From an uncultured Treponema sp. (GTDB lineage Bacteria > Spirochaetota > Spirochaetia > Treponematales > Treponemataceae), in the NCBI GenBank assembly GCA_964429975.1, contig CAYSEA010000001.1:52096-116095 (forward strand): a DNA stretch of 64,000 nucleotides, given 5' to 3'. The first letter of the stretch is position 1; each line of letters starts with the position of its first letter. Of this stretch, positions 48,701-58,299 are shown piece after piece. Below the pieces are notes generated by a model. It worked only from the letters and a program-made list of their open reading frames with translations. It ran no database searches and was not told the DNA's origin. Position numbers and translations under genes: made by a program.

Positions 48701-49493
48701 TCCCGCGCGATACCTCGCTATCGCGCTCTTCGTCTCTCCCCTTGCCCTTTCGTGGGCGCCGATCGACCCGTCGGTCCTGTATGGCCTGCTCGGTTCGCGG
48801 GAGCCTTCCTTCGCGCGGGCCGTGTTCGCCTCGTTCCGGGAATTGTCGGTAACGCTCGGCGCGACGCTCGTCGTGGCAATGGCGCTTTCCGTCGGCCTCG
48901 CGTACTTCAGCGTCCTTTCGATGAGGTTTGGCCGCGCAGCTAAGAGCGTGTTCTCGATGGTCGAGTCGGTTCCGTCGATCCTCGTCGCCTTGTTCTTTTA
49001 CGCGCCGGTTTCCGGATACCTCGCGCGGCACGGGAGCGAGGCTTCGGCCATCGCGTCTCTCGCGGTATTCATCGTGGCGGCGACGGTGACCTCCCTTCCG
49101 GAGGCCGTACGCGGCATCGCGATCCCGCTGACCGACCTTTATTACCGGAAGTACAGCGTGTCGTTCCGGTCGTACGGCTTTACCAAGGGGCGCATACTCG
49201 CGATCCTGACGGGCAGCCGCGCGATACGCGGCTCGATCTCGCGCGTCGCGGCAACCGTGCTCATGAAGACGCTCGTGCTCGACTGCTCGTTCGGCTTTGT
49301 CATCCAGCTCGGGTTCGGCAGTTACGGAACTCCGGCGCACCTGAGCCCGGGAGCCCTTATCGCCGCGAACCGCGACGCGCTCTTCGAGGGCGGAAACCCC
49401 GCCCTGTTCTGGCTACCCTCGCTCGCGCTCGTCGCGATCACGGGCGCCTTTATACTCGCGCTCCTAGACGGACGCGGAGAGGAGGGCCTATGA
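48684..49493 (+). CDS. Divergent OppC/DppC-like permease
   Basis: TM helices; ESVPSIL; SPGALI; WLPSLAL; operon position. Confidence 0.75.
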   Translation: MKNRFNPARYLAIALFVSPLALSWAPIDPSVLYGLLGSREPSFARAVFASFRELSVTLGATLVVAMALSVGLAYFSVLSMRFGRAAKSVFSMVESVPSILVALFFYAPVSGYLARHGSEASAIASLAVFIVAATVTSLPEAVRGIAIPLTDLYYRKYSVSFRSYGFTKGRILAILTGSRAIRGSISRVAATVLMKTLVLDCSFGFVIQLGFGSYGTPAHLSPGALIAANRDALFEGGNPALFWLPSLALVAITGAFILALLDGRGEEGL

Positions 49494-50947
49494 CGCCCAT
49501 TTCCCTCAGGGGTTTTTCCATCGAGCTCGGCGGCAGGACGCTTCTGGCCGCGAGCGATTTCGAGCCCGTCGTCGGCGGCTCCACCGTGATTATCGGTCCC
49601 ACCGGAACGGGTAAGTCCGTCTTTCTCAAGGCCATCGCCGGCATCCTTCCGAACGGAACGTTCCGGTTCAAGGGCTCGATGCGCGTCAACGGAATCGACG
49701 CGTACCGATCGGGCGAAAAAACAAGCCATGCCTATTGGGAGCTCATCATGCGCTCCGGCCTCGTGTTCGTGCCGGCGGAAAGCGCGCAGGCGATGAATCC
49801 CGCCCTGACGCTCGAGCAGAACATTAACCTCATCGCGCCGGGCATGATGCCCGTCGTATCGCGGAGGCTCGAGCAGTATTTCAACCTGAACCTCGAGGCC
49901 TTCGCCCGGCTCTATCCCGACGAGGTTTCGGGCGGCGAGCTTCAGCGCGTCACGATCATGACGCTCTTCTCGCGGCCGGGGCAGCTGATCCTCCTCGACG
50001 AGCCGACGGTGAACCTTGACCGAAACCTGAGGAAGCGCTTCGCCGACTTCCTTAATTCGGAGATTTTGACCGACCGCGAAAAGACCGTGCTCATGGCGAG
50101 TCACGATCTCGACTTTATCCGCGCGCTCCGCATGGACGAAGCCTGGGCGCTCGGCGGCGGCAGGCTCTCGAAGATCGAGTCAATACCGGAATCCGAAGGA
50201 TACGAAAAGCCCGCGCGCTCTGGCGGGGGAGGCGAGTCGCTCGATCTTTCGCGCGTGTCGCAAAAATACTTCAAGCGCGGTATCTTCGGCGAGCGGCCCT
50301 TCGTCGCCTTCTCGGGCCTCAACGTGAAATTCGAGCAGTCCGTCGTGTACGGGATTACCGGACCTTCGGGTTGCGGCAAGTCGAGCATGATCAAGGCGAT
50401 CCTCCGGCTCATGGACGGCACGAAGGGCAAGATCGTCCTCGAGGGCACCGACCTCGTCGCATTGAAGCCCGACGAGCGGGGCTGGGACCCCGCGCCGTTC
50501 CGGCCGTTCAGGCGCAAGATCGCCGTCGTACAGCAGGATTCCCGCTACTCGTTCTTTCCCGACCTGAAAATCGCCGATTCCTTTCGGCATATCTCGCCTG
50601 AGGCCCGCGACGCGTCGGGGCTTCCCGACGGCCTTGCGGATAACCTCGCCCGCGTCGGGCTTACCCGGGCGCACCTTGAGGCTTACCCTCGCTCGCTTTC
50701 GTCGGGCGAGATGAAGCGGATGGACATCGCCCGCGCGCTGACCGCGCGACCGGAGGTGCTGCTCCTCGACGAGCCGTTCGCGCACATCGATTTCGAGACG
50801 AGAACCCGGGTCATGCGCGCCCTTTCGGCGTATCTCGCGACTCATGAGACCATTCTCATCGTCGTGACCCACGAAGATTTCGACTTGCGGTATTTCGTGG
50901 ACGTAAACCACGATTTCCCCGACATCGTCGCGAAAGCGGGGGCCTAA
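49490..50947 (+). CDS. ABC ATPase with two nucleotide-binding domains
   Basis: GPTGTGKS/VSGGE/LLDEP and GPSGCGKS/LSSGE/LLDEP. Confidence 0.95.
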   Translation: MTPISLRGFSIELGGRTLLAASDFEPVVGGSTVIIGPTGTGKSVFLKAIAGILPNGTFRFKGSMRVNGIDAYRSGEKTSHAYWELIMRSGLVFVPAESAQAMNPALTLEQNINLIAPGMMPVVSRRLEQYFNLNLEAFARLYPDEVSGGELQRVTIMTLFSRPGQLILLDEPTVNLDRNLRKRFADFLNSEILTDREKTVLMASHDLDFIRALRMDEAWALGGGRLSKIESIPESEGYEKPARSGGGGESLDLSRVSQKYFKRGIFGERPFVAFSGLNVKFEQSVVYGITGPSGCGKSSMIKAILRLMDGTKGKIVLEGTDLVALKPDERGWDPAPFRPFRRKIAVVQQDSRYSFFPDLKIADSFRHISPEARDASGLPDGLADNLARVGLTRAHLEAYPRSLSSGEMKRMDIARALTARPEVLLLDEPFAHIDFETRTRVMRALSAYLATHETILIVVTHEDFDLRYFVDVNHDFPDIVAKAGA

Positions 50948-50977
50948 GTCCGACCGCTTGCCACAAGGTTTTTCCGT

Positions 50978-51031
50978 GCCGGTTCGCGCGCGCCCGACCC
51001 CTTACGGTCGCGTTCGGACCGGCTTTTTTTT
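50978..51031 (+). terminator. Intrinsic terminator of the ABC operon
   Basis: GCCGGTTCG...CGGACCGGC long stem followed by T8. Confidence 0.65.
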
Positions 51032-51050
51032 GCCGCAGCCGCTGCCCTCA

Positions 51051-51079
51051 TTGTCCCAAACGCGCTAAAACGCTATACT
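51051..51079 (+). promoter_or_regulatory. Sigma70-type promoter of lysS (leaderless)
   Basis: TTGTCC-N17-TATACT-N8-ATG; no Shine-Dalgarno. Confidence 0.65.
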
Positions 51080-51087
51080 TCGTCCCT

Positions 51088-52674
51088 ATGGCAAACGAAA
51101 ACCTTTCGCATTGGGCGGACCAAACCGCCGAGAAGATCATACGCGAGCGGGGCGACCTTGACGTCTATACGTGCGCGTCGGGAATCACCCCGTCCGGCAC
51201 GGTTCATATCGGAAATTTCCGCGAGATCATTTCCGTCGATCTCGTCGTCCGGGCCCTTCGCGAGCGCGGCAAAAAAGTCCGCTTCATTTACTCGTGGGAC
51301 GACTACGACGTCTTTCGCAAAGTACCGGCGAATATGCCGAACCCGGAACTGCTCGAACAGCATCTCCGATTCCCCATCACCATGGTCCCCGATCCGTTCG
51401 GTCGCGACGCGAGCTATGCCCGCCATCACGAAGTCGACGTCGAGTCGATCCTCCCCGCGGTCGGCATCTCCCCGGAATTCCTCTATCAGAGCGAGCGGTA
51501 TCGCGCGCACACGTACGACGAGGGAATGAAGATCGCCCTCGACAACCGCGCGCGCATCAAGGACTGTCTCAATCGCTATCGCGACGACGACCACAAAATT
51601 TCCGAAGACGAGGATTACTGGCCCGTGTCGGTATTCTGCGACGCGTGCAACAAGGACACCACGACCATCGGCGGATGGGACGGCGACTGGGGCCTTTCGT
51701 ATTCTTGCGAATGCGGATTCGCCGACACCGTCGATATTCGCAAGGCGAAGGGCGTCAAGCTCGGCTGGCGCGTCGACTGGCCGATGCGATGGAACCACGA
51801 GCACACGGTCTTCGAGCCCGCCGGAAAGGATCATCATTCGCAAGGAGGCTCCTTCGATACCGCCAAGCTCGTCTCAAAGGAAATTTTCGGCTGGGAGCCG
51901 CCGATTACTTTCCGGTACGACTTCATCGGCATCAAGGGCACGCCCGGCAAGATGTCCTCGTCCAAGGGAAAGGTCGTCGATCTGTACGATATCCTCAGGG
52001 TCTATCAGCCGGAAATCGCGCGGTATCTTTTCGCGGGTACGCGGCCGAATACCGAGTTCGTCATCAGCTTCGACCTCGACGTCATCAAGATTTACGAGGA
52101 TTACGACAAGACCGAGCGGATCGCCTGGGGCGTCGAGACGGCGAAGAACGATGAGATATTCAAGAAGGAACGCCGCATTTGGGAGCTTTCGCAGGTCGGC
52201 GAGCTTCCTTCCGAAATATCCTATCAAATTCCCTTCCGCCACCTCTGCAATCTCCTGCAGACGAACGACGGCGACGTCGAGGCGGTAATCGCCGCGCTTC
52301 CCGACGTCAAGGAATCCCAGCTCGGTCGTCTTCGCGCGCGCGCCGCCTGTGCCTGGTACTGGATTACCGAATGCGCACCGGAGGATTTCCGCTTCGCCCT
52401 TCGCAAGGACGGCTCAAAGGCCGATCTTTCCGGCCCCGCGCTCGAGGCGATCAAGGCTATCCGCGACGAGGTCGTGCCGCAGATGGACGGCGTTGACGAA
52501 AAGGGGCTCTCCGAGCTTGTGTACGCGGTCGCGACGAAATGCGGACTAGAGCCGAAGGCTCTCTTTACCGCGACCTATCAAGCCCTCATCGGCAAGGATC
52601 AGGGTCCTCGTCTCGCCAATTTCATGAAAATCATCGGTATGAAACGGCTCAGTTCCATTCTTGCCGCCTATTAA
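51088..52674 (+). CDS. lysS: Class I lysyl-tRNA synthetase
   Basis: HWAD, SGITPSGTVHIGNFRE, WRVDWPMRW, KMSSSKG and GPRL motifs. Confidence 0.98.
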   Translation: MANENLSHWADQTAEKIIRERGDLDVYTCASGITPSGTVHIGNFREIISVDLVVRALRERGKKVRFIYSWDDYDVFRKVPANMPNPELLEQHLRFPITMVPDPFGRDASYARHHEVDVESILPAVGISPEFLYQSERYRAHTYDEGMKIALDNRARIKDCLNRYRDDDHKISEDEDYWPVSVFCDACNKDTTTIGGWDGDWGLSYSCECGFADTVDIRKAKGVKLGWRVDWPMRWNHEHTVFEPAGKDHHSQGGSFDTAKLVSKEIFGWEPPITFRYDFIGIKGTPGKMSSSKGKVVDLYDILRVYQPEIARYLFAGTRPNTEFVISFDLDVIKIYEDYDKTERIAWGVETAKNDEIFKKERRIWELSQVGELPSEISYQIPFRHLCNLLQTNDGDVEAVIAALPDVKESQLGRLRARAACAWYWITECAPEDFRFALRKDGSKADLSGPALEAIKAIRDEVVPQMDGVDEKGLSELVYAVATKCGLEPKALFTATYQALIGKDQGPRLANFMKIIGMKRLSSILAAY

Positions 52675-52770
52675 GTGTTTTTCTGAGCTCTTCAATCGGT
52701 GTAAAGCCTTATGGCGCGCGGCGCGGTAAGGCACTATACTGAACGTATATCATTCACTTGGGAGATGCCA

Positions 52771-53733
52771 ATGCTTGAGAAAAAGCCGATCGTAACGCAC
52801 ATGTATACCGCCGATCCATCCGCGAACGTTTTCAACGGAAAGCTGTATATCTATCCGTCGCATGACCGCGATATCGAGATGGAGTCCAACGATAACGGCG
52901 ACCAATACGACATGAACAATTACCATGTCTTCGAAATGGACGACATGACCCAGAGTCCGAAGGATCTCGGGCTCGCGCTTCATTTGGACGACGTGCCGTG
53001 GGCCTCGAAGCAACTGTGGGCCCCCGACGCCGCGACCAAGAACGGAAAATTTTATTTCTATTTTCCCGGTCGCGACAAGGACGGCATCTTCCGCATCGGC
53101 GTTGCCGTGGGAGCGAACCCCGGCGGCCCGTTCAAGGCCCAGAAGGATTATATCAAGGGCAGCTTCAGCATCGATCCGTGCGTCTTTACCGACGATGACG
53201 GTTCGACCTACATGGGCTTCGGCGGCATCTGGGGCGGACAGCTCGACAAGTGGGTTTCGGGTTCCTTCGACCCCAACGGCAAAGAGCCCGAGGGAAACGT
53301 TCCCGCCGTGTGCCCGAAGATTGCCAAGCTTTCCGACGACATGCTCGAGTTCGCCGAGAAGCCGCGCGATCTCGTGATCGTCGACGAAGCAGGCAAGCCG
53401 CTCCAGGCGAATGACCACGATCGCCGCTATTTTGAGGGCCCTTGGCTTCATAAATACAAGGGAACCTACTATTTCTCGTATTCGACGGGCGACACGCACC
53501 GGCTCGTGTACGCGACTTCGAAAACCATCTATGGGCCCTATACCTACCGCGGGATGTTCCTTCCGCCGGTGCTTGGTTGGACGACCCATCACTCGATCGT
53601 CGAGTACAAGGGTCAGTGGTATCTTTTCTATCACGATTGCGAACTTTCAAAGGGGATTAATCATAAGCGGTGCGTAAAGTTCTGCAAGCTTTCGTACAAC
53701 GCGGACGGATCGATCGTCCCGATGACGCCCTGA
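52771..53733 (+). CDS. GH43 beta-xylosidase/arabinofuranosidase (cytoplasmic)
   Basis: YTADPSA, YPSHD, WAPD, SIDP, FEGPW and GWTTHHSIV motifs; no signal peptide. Confidence 0.95.
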   Translation: MLEKKPIVTHMYTADPSANVFNGKLYIYPSHDRDIEMESNDNGDQYDMNNYHVFEMDDMTQSPKDLGLALHLDDVPWASKQLWAPDAATKNGKFYFYFPGRDKDGIFRIGVAVGANPGGPFKAQKDYIKGSFSIDPCVFTDDDGSTYMGFGGIWGGQLDKWVSGSFDPNGKEPEGNVPAVCPKIAKLSDDMLEFAEKPRDLVIVDEAGKPLQANDHDRRYFEGPWLHKYKGTYYFSYSTGDTHRLVYATSKTIYGPYTYRGMFLPPVLGWTTHHSIVEYKGQWYLFYHDCELSKGINHKRCVKFCKLSYNADGSIVPMTP

Positions 53734-53774
53734 AAAATAAACCGGCGGACTTTTTGGTCCGTCGGTTTTTTTTT
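53733..53774. terminator. Bidirectional terminator between convergent genes
   Basis: AAACCGGCGGAC/GTCCGTCGGTTT stem with flanking A and T runs. Confidence 0.85.
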
Positions 53775-53786
53775 GAGTGCCGGCCG

Positions 53787-54707
53787 TCATGGATGACGGT
53801 GGGCTTCCGAAACGGCCTCGAGATCGAGCCGCTTGAGTTTTTTCCTGAAGTTAACCGAATCGTCTTCCATTATTTCGGTCAGGTAGTCGATCTGTCGCTC
53901 GATCGAGTCCATGTACAGGTTGCGATGGACGCCGTAGCGCGACGCGAAGTGATGAAGGGCCATGACGGCCGCGTTCCCGAGGGTGATAAAGAGGCGCTTG
54001 CGCGTCATCTCATAAAAGCCGAGCGTCTTTTTCAGGATGTCGAACTCGGTGTCGTAGCCGGGGAATCCCGCTTCCTTAAATTCATAATAGAGAAAGAGCA
54101 GTTTTTCGAGGTAGGTTCTGTCGGCCATTTGGCCGAGAAGATCGGCCGACGCGAGCAGTTGGCCGGCGAATCGCTCGGCCGTACCTTCGTAGGGGATGCC
54201 CTCGAAATCCACCGAAAGGTCGGTGCCTTGAATGAGGCGGCCCACCCGCGCCGCGGTTTCGGCGCTCAGGCCAAAGGCCTCCCGCTCGCGTTCCGCGAAG
54301 GCGATGCTGCGCGATACGTGCGTTTTCGTGTGTTTCGCGCCGGTTCCCGAGTCGTCTCCCGCTTCCTGGATGTAGCCCGCGTCATGGAGCATCGCGGCGA
54401 CGACGATGTCCCGGTAAAGCCCCGCGTCGATCTTCATTCCCTGAGAGAGGGCGCCGTCGCACATGCGGATCGTGGCGCACAGAACGTCGCACGTATGGGC
54501 GAAATCGTGATACTCGGTGTTACACGCCTTGTAGCCGGGATACTCCCCTCGATAGAGCTCGGACGTGAGCTGCCATTGCCGCGCCAAAAGGGCAGCCATA
54601 TCCTCGCCGAGCGACATGCCCGCCATGGCAAGGCATTCCCCGATGACGGTATTCCGCTGCGCGGGATTGAAAAGGCGAGTGAGGTGCGTTTCGACGGTAT
54701 CTGCCAT
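53787..54707 (-). CDS. HD-domain phosphohydrolase
   Basis: YHDFAH, LHDAG, HVSRS and ASADL motifs; GAAGGGAG RBS. Confidence 0.85.
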   Translation of the reverse strand: MADTVETHLTRLFNPAQRNTVIGECLAMAGMSLGEDMAALLARQWQLTSELYRGEYPGYKACNTEYHDFAHTCDVLCATIRMCDGALSQGMKIDAGLYRDIVVAAMLHDAGYIQEAGDDSGTGAKHTKTHVSRSIAFAEREREAFGLSAETAARVGRLIQGTDLSVDFEGIPYEGTAERFAGQLLASADLLGQMADRTYLEKLLFLYYEFKEAGFPGYDTEFDILKKTLGFYEMTRKRLFITLGNAAVMALHHFASRYGVHRNLYMDSIERQIDYLTEIMEDDSVNFRKKLKRLDLEAVSEAHRHP

Positions 54708-54808
54708 GATCTCCCTTCGGCGGCCATTTGGAAAAAAAAGCGCGTTCACATAAAAGTCTAGCGCGTGATTTCCGGGATTTCAGGAACCGGCGGTAAAAAA
54801 GAGCGTTT

Positions 54809-55672
54809 TTATTCGATACGGGTACGCGCACGTGCACGCGCACCCGACCGTACCCGCGGTCGCGACGGGATAAGGGCAAACACGAGGAGCGAGAGCGCGT
54901 AGGGAAGACCGAGGATGACGGTGCCCGGGATCGCGCTTCCTTGCAGGGCGTTTGTCGCGTATTCCGCGATCGTGAAGACGAACACGGCCCCAAGGCACGG
55001 GATGGGACGCCGGTATCCGAGGTAGCAGGCGGCAAGCGCGGTCCAGCCGCGGCCCGCCGAGAGGTTCGGGACGAAGGCCCCGAGCCTGAAGGCGAGCGAG
55101 GCTCCCGCGAGCGAGGCGAAGAAAGCGGCGACGCACCATGACGCTATCCGATAACGCGCCGGCGAGCGACCCCGGGATTCAAGCGCGGGACCCGAGACGC
55201 CGGACACCGAAAGGCGCATTCCCCAGCTCGTCGAGCGGAAAACAAACGCGAGGAGCGGCGCGAGGGACACGGCAAGAAGCGCGATCGGCGTTTCGGGGTA
55301 GGAAACGAGAATGCCCCGTTCGGCGAGATCGACCACGCCGCGCGTTCCGAAAAGCGAAGCCGAAAGCCACGAGGTAAGCCCGACCGAAAGAAGGTTGACG
55401 GAAAGCCCGGTTAAGAAAGGATTCGCCCGCGTTCGCTCGGTAAACACGGCGACGGCGAAGAGAAGTCCGACTGTGGCGAGGCACGCGGCGAGAAGTCCCG
55501 CGAGGGCGCTTCCCGTCGCGAGCGTGACGCCGATCGCGATGCAGCCTGAGAGGGTGATGGCCCCGTCCATGAAGACGGCCAGAACGCCCGCGCGTTCGGA
55601 AACGAGCGCGCCGAGCGTCGCGAGGATGAGCGGTACGGACATGTAAAGGATCGTGAATAAAACTTCGCTCAT
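54809..55672 (-). CDS. ABC permease (nucleoside/simple-sugar type)
   Basis: PLILATLGALVSERAGV and AGRGWTALA motifs. Confidence 0.9.
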   Translation of the reverse strand: MSEVLFTILYMSVPLILATLGALVSERAGVLAVFMDGAITLSGCIAIGVTLATGSALAGLLAACLATVGLLFAVAVFTERTRANPFLTGLSVNLLSVGLTSWLSASLFGTRGVVDLAERGILVSYPETPIALLAVSLAPLLAFVFRSTSWGMRLSVSGVSGPALESRGRSPARYRIASWCVAAFFASLAGASLAFRLGAFVPNLSAGRGWTALAACYLGYRRPIPCLGAVFVFTIAEYATNALQGSAIPGTVILGLPYALSLLVFALIPSRPRVRSGARARARTRIE

Positions 55673-56754
55673 CGATCCCCCTCCGTGCCGGACAAGTGCC
55701 CGCGTGTTCGCGGTAGCCGGGTTCGCGGTAGCCGGGTGCGCGGTAGCCGGGTGCTCATAAATTTCGCCGAGATCATGAGCAGTAAAATCGCCTGCACGAT
55801 CGAGGTGGAGTCAAAGCTGAAGCGCGTGGAAAGAAGGGCGCTGTCGGACGCGGTTTCGAGCCATGAGAACACGAGCGACGCGGGGATGATCGCGTACGGA
55901 TTCCCGCCGGCCATGAGCGCGCAGGCGAGCGCGCTCCATCCCATGCCGCCCGAGTGCCCCTGATGGCAGACGTACCAGGTTCCGGTAACCGAGAAGAAGC
56001 CCGCGAGTCCGTGGAGGGCGCCCGAGGCCGTGAGAGAGCCGGCCGCGATGCGCGCGGTGGGAAAGCCCGAGAAGCGTGCGAACTCAGGCGCGATGCCGGT
56101 GACGCCGAGGCGGAATCCCGCCTTCGTCTTTATCAGGAAAAGGGCCACGCCGAACGCGATGGCGAGGGCCGCGAAAAACGAGGCGTTAAAGAGCGACGGA
56201 TCGAGAAGGGGCGGGAGTCGCACGGCCTTTGCGATCGCGGGCGTCGCGAGAAGATTCTTCGATTGGTCTCGAAGCGGCCCGGCAACGAGGTAGTCGAGCA
56301 CCGGAAGCGTCGCCGCCGAAAAGAGGAACGACGAGAGAAGCTCGCTGACCCCGCGCTTCGCGCGGAGGAGCGCCGGAAGAGCGGCGAGCGCGGCGCCCGC
56401 GAGCATCGCGGCGAACGCGGCGAGCGCGAAAAAAAGAATCGCCGCGGGAGAGGTATGGTCCGCGGGCAGTCGCTGCGAGGCGAGGATGAGCGCGGTTATC
56501 AGGGCCGGGGCGTATATTTGCGCCTCTCCGCCGAGGTTCATCGCGCCCGCGCGAAGGGCGAGCGCCGAACCCGTCGAGGCGATCATGAGGAGGGCGGCCA
56601 TATTGAGGAGATTCCCGAAGTGCCACCAAGACGAGAACGGGCGCGAGAAGAAAAGCGCGAGCGTACCGGCGGGGGACTCTCCCGAAAAGGCGAGAAAAAG
56701 CGAGATACCCGCGATGGCGGCGACGAGGGCGACGACCGGGGAAAGGCGTCTCAT
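55669..56754 (-). CDS. ABC permease (nucleoside/simple-sugar type)
   Basis: RAGAMNLGGEAQ, GVSELLSS and FARFSG motifs; ATGA overlaps on both sides. Confidence 0.9.
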   Translation of the reverse strand: MRRLSPVVALVAAIAGISLFLAFSGESPAGTLALFFSRPFSSWWHFGNLLNMAALLMIASTGSALALRAGAMNLGGEAQIYAPALITALILASQRLPADHTSPAAILFFALAAFAAMLAGAALAALPALLRAKRGVSELLSSFLFSAATLPVLDYLVAGPLRDQSKNLLATPAIAKAVRLPPLLDPSLFNASFFAALAIAFGVALFLIKTKAGFRLGVTGIAPEFARFSGFPTARIAAGSLTASGALHGLAGFFSVTGTWYVCHQGHSGGMGWSALACALMAGGNPYAIIPASLVFSWLETASDSALLSTRFSFDSTSIVQAILLLMISAKFMSTRLPRTRLPRTRLPRTRGHLSGTEGDR

Positions 56755-58286
56755 GCGAGCCTCCCTTCCCTCAGCGAGATCGTTCGGGAATAAAAGTTCG
56801 CGATCGTCATCGTTTCGGGCGTGTCGGTCAGCACGAGGACCGCGATGCCCGATCTCGCCGCGTCCCGAAGGCGTTCGCGAAGCCGCGCGACGCTCGAAAT
56901 GTCGAGACCCCATTCTGGTTCGGCGAGTATGAGCGCGCGGGGCGCGTCCTTTCCCCCGAGCTCGCGCGCGAGTATGAGGCGTTGCAGCTGTCCTCCGGAA
57001 AGCGTTCCCGCGAGCCGGTCAGGCGGGACGGGTATTCCTTCCGCTTCGAGTATCGCGTTTGCGAACGCATTCGCTTCTTTCCGCGAGCCCGTCGGCGCGT
57101 CGGGCCGTCCCGCGATGAGAACGTCGCGCACGGCTATGTCGGGATGCGACCCGCGAAAGGCCCGGTTCGACGGCACGAGGGCTACCCCGTTCGCGCGAAG
57201 CCACGCGGGGGTGAGTAAGCGAGCCTGAATCGTTCGCGCGCCTTCCGGCGATACGAGCGTGATCTCCCCCTCGCTTGCCTTGTCCATTCCGCAAAGCGCG
57301 TCCTCGAGCGTATCGATGCCGCTTCCGGGGTGGCCGACTATGCCGGTGATCTCTCCCGGCCGCGCCGTAAACGAAATGTCGATGACGTGATTTCGGTTAT
57401 AGGGGCGAGCGGTCAGTCCCCGTACCTCGAACGCCGCGCCGCGGGCGATTATCGCCGAACCGGCAGCGCTGATTGCAAAGGCGCCCGCACTGATTGCCGC
57501 GTCGCCAGCGCTGATTGCCACGTCGCCGTCGGGCGATAGCGCGGAGGAAAGCCAGCGCGCGCCCTGATCGCGGCCGCCGGGAATGCCGTCGACGGGGAGG
57601 GAATGCGCGATCCTTCCCTTGCGGAGCACGGTCACGCGATCAGCCCACGTCAGGACGTCGTCGATTTTATGGGTAACGAGAATGACGCCGAGCGGCTCGT
57701 TCCTCGCGGAGTTTCGCGCCGCGGACATGAAGCGCTCGCGTTCGTCGGGATCGAGGACGGCCGTCGGCTCGTCGAGGATGAGGAACGAAGGGTCGGAATA
57801 CAAGGCCCCGAGCAGGGCCGCCCTGAGCCGGTCCGCGGGCGAAAATTCGCCGACCGCGCGCGCGGTATCGATAGAAATATTCCAGCGAGCGGCCAAGTCG
57901 TCGAGCGCGCGCGCCGCCTTTCGGCGGTCGAGAAAAAAAGAGGACTCGCCGAGGAGCGCGTTGTCGATCGTCGAAAGCCCGTCGGCGAGTCGCGGCCGCT
58001 GATGCACCATCGCGATGCCCCGCGCGAGCGCGTCCGCGCTTGAACGAAAGCGCGCGCGTTCGCCGTCCGCGAGGATGGAGCCGTCCGTCGGGGAAATGAG
58101 GCCGGACAGAACGTGCATGAGCGTTGATTTCCCGGCTCCGTTTTCGCCGAGTATGGCGTGAACCTCGCCCCGGGCGAAGGAAAGCGAGACGCCGTTAAGC
58201 GCGCGGAATTCCGGGGCGGTTCCGTCGATCGATGGGGGAAAAACCATGGTGATGCCGTCAAGCTCGACTTTGGAAACCGCGCGCAT
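56751..58286 (-). CDS. ABC ATPase, CUT2/NupA type
   Basis: GENGAGKST, ILDEPTAVL and LSGGQLQR motifs. Confidence 0.93.
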   Translation of the reverse strand: MRAVSKVELDGITMVFPPSIDGTAPEFRALNGVSLSFARGEVHAILGENGAGKSTLMHVLSGLISPTDGSILADGERARFRSSADALARGIAMVHQRPRLADGLSTIDNALLGESSFFLDRRKAARALDDLAARWNISIDTARAVGEFSPADRLRAALLGALYSDPSFLILDEPTAVLDPDERERFMSAARNSARNEPLGVILVTHKIDDVLTWADRVTVLRKGRIAHSLPVDGIPGGRDQGARWLSSALSPDGDVAISAGDAAISAGAFAISAAGSAIIARGAAFEVRGLTARPYNRNHVIDISFTARPGEITGIVGHPGSGIDTLEDALCGMDKASEGEITLVSPEGARTIQARLLTPAWLRANGVALVPSNRAFRGSHPDIAVRDVLIAGRPDAPTGSRKEANAFANAILEAEGIPVPPDRLAGTLSGGQLQRLILARELGGKDAPRALILAEPEWGLDISSVARLRERLRDAARSGIAVLVLTDTPETMTIANFYSRTISLREGRLA

Positions 58287-58299
58287 TCGTGCGGGGGCC

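Noticed and set aside
50948-51087. T-box or lysine riboswitch before lysS
   Set aside because: No T-box or lysine-riboswitch consensus; the hairpin fits the upstream operon's terminator and the promoter abuts the ATG.
57300-57345. Degenerate second Walker A (GHPGSGID) as a sign of pseudogenisation
   Set aside because: Normal for CUT2-type tandem ATPases.
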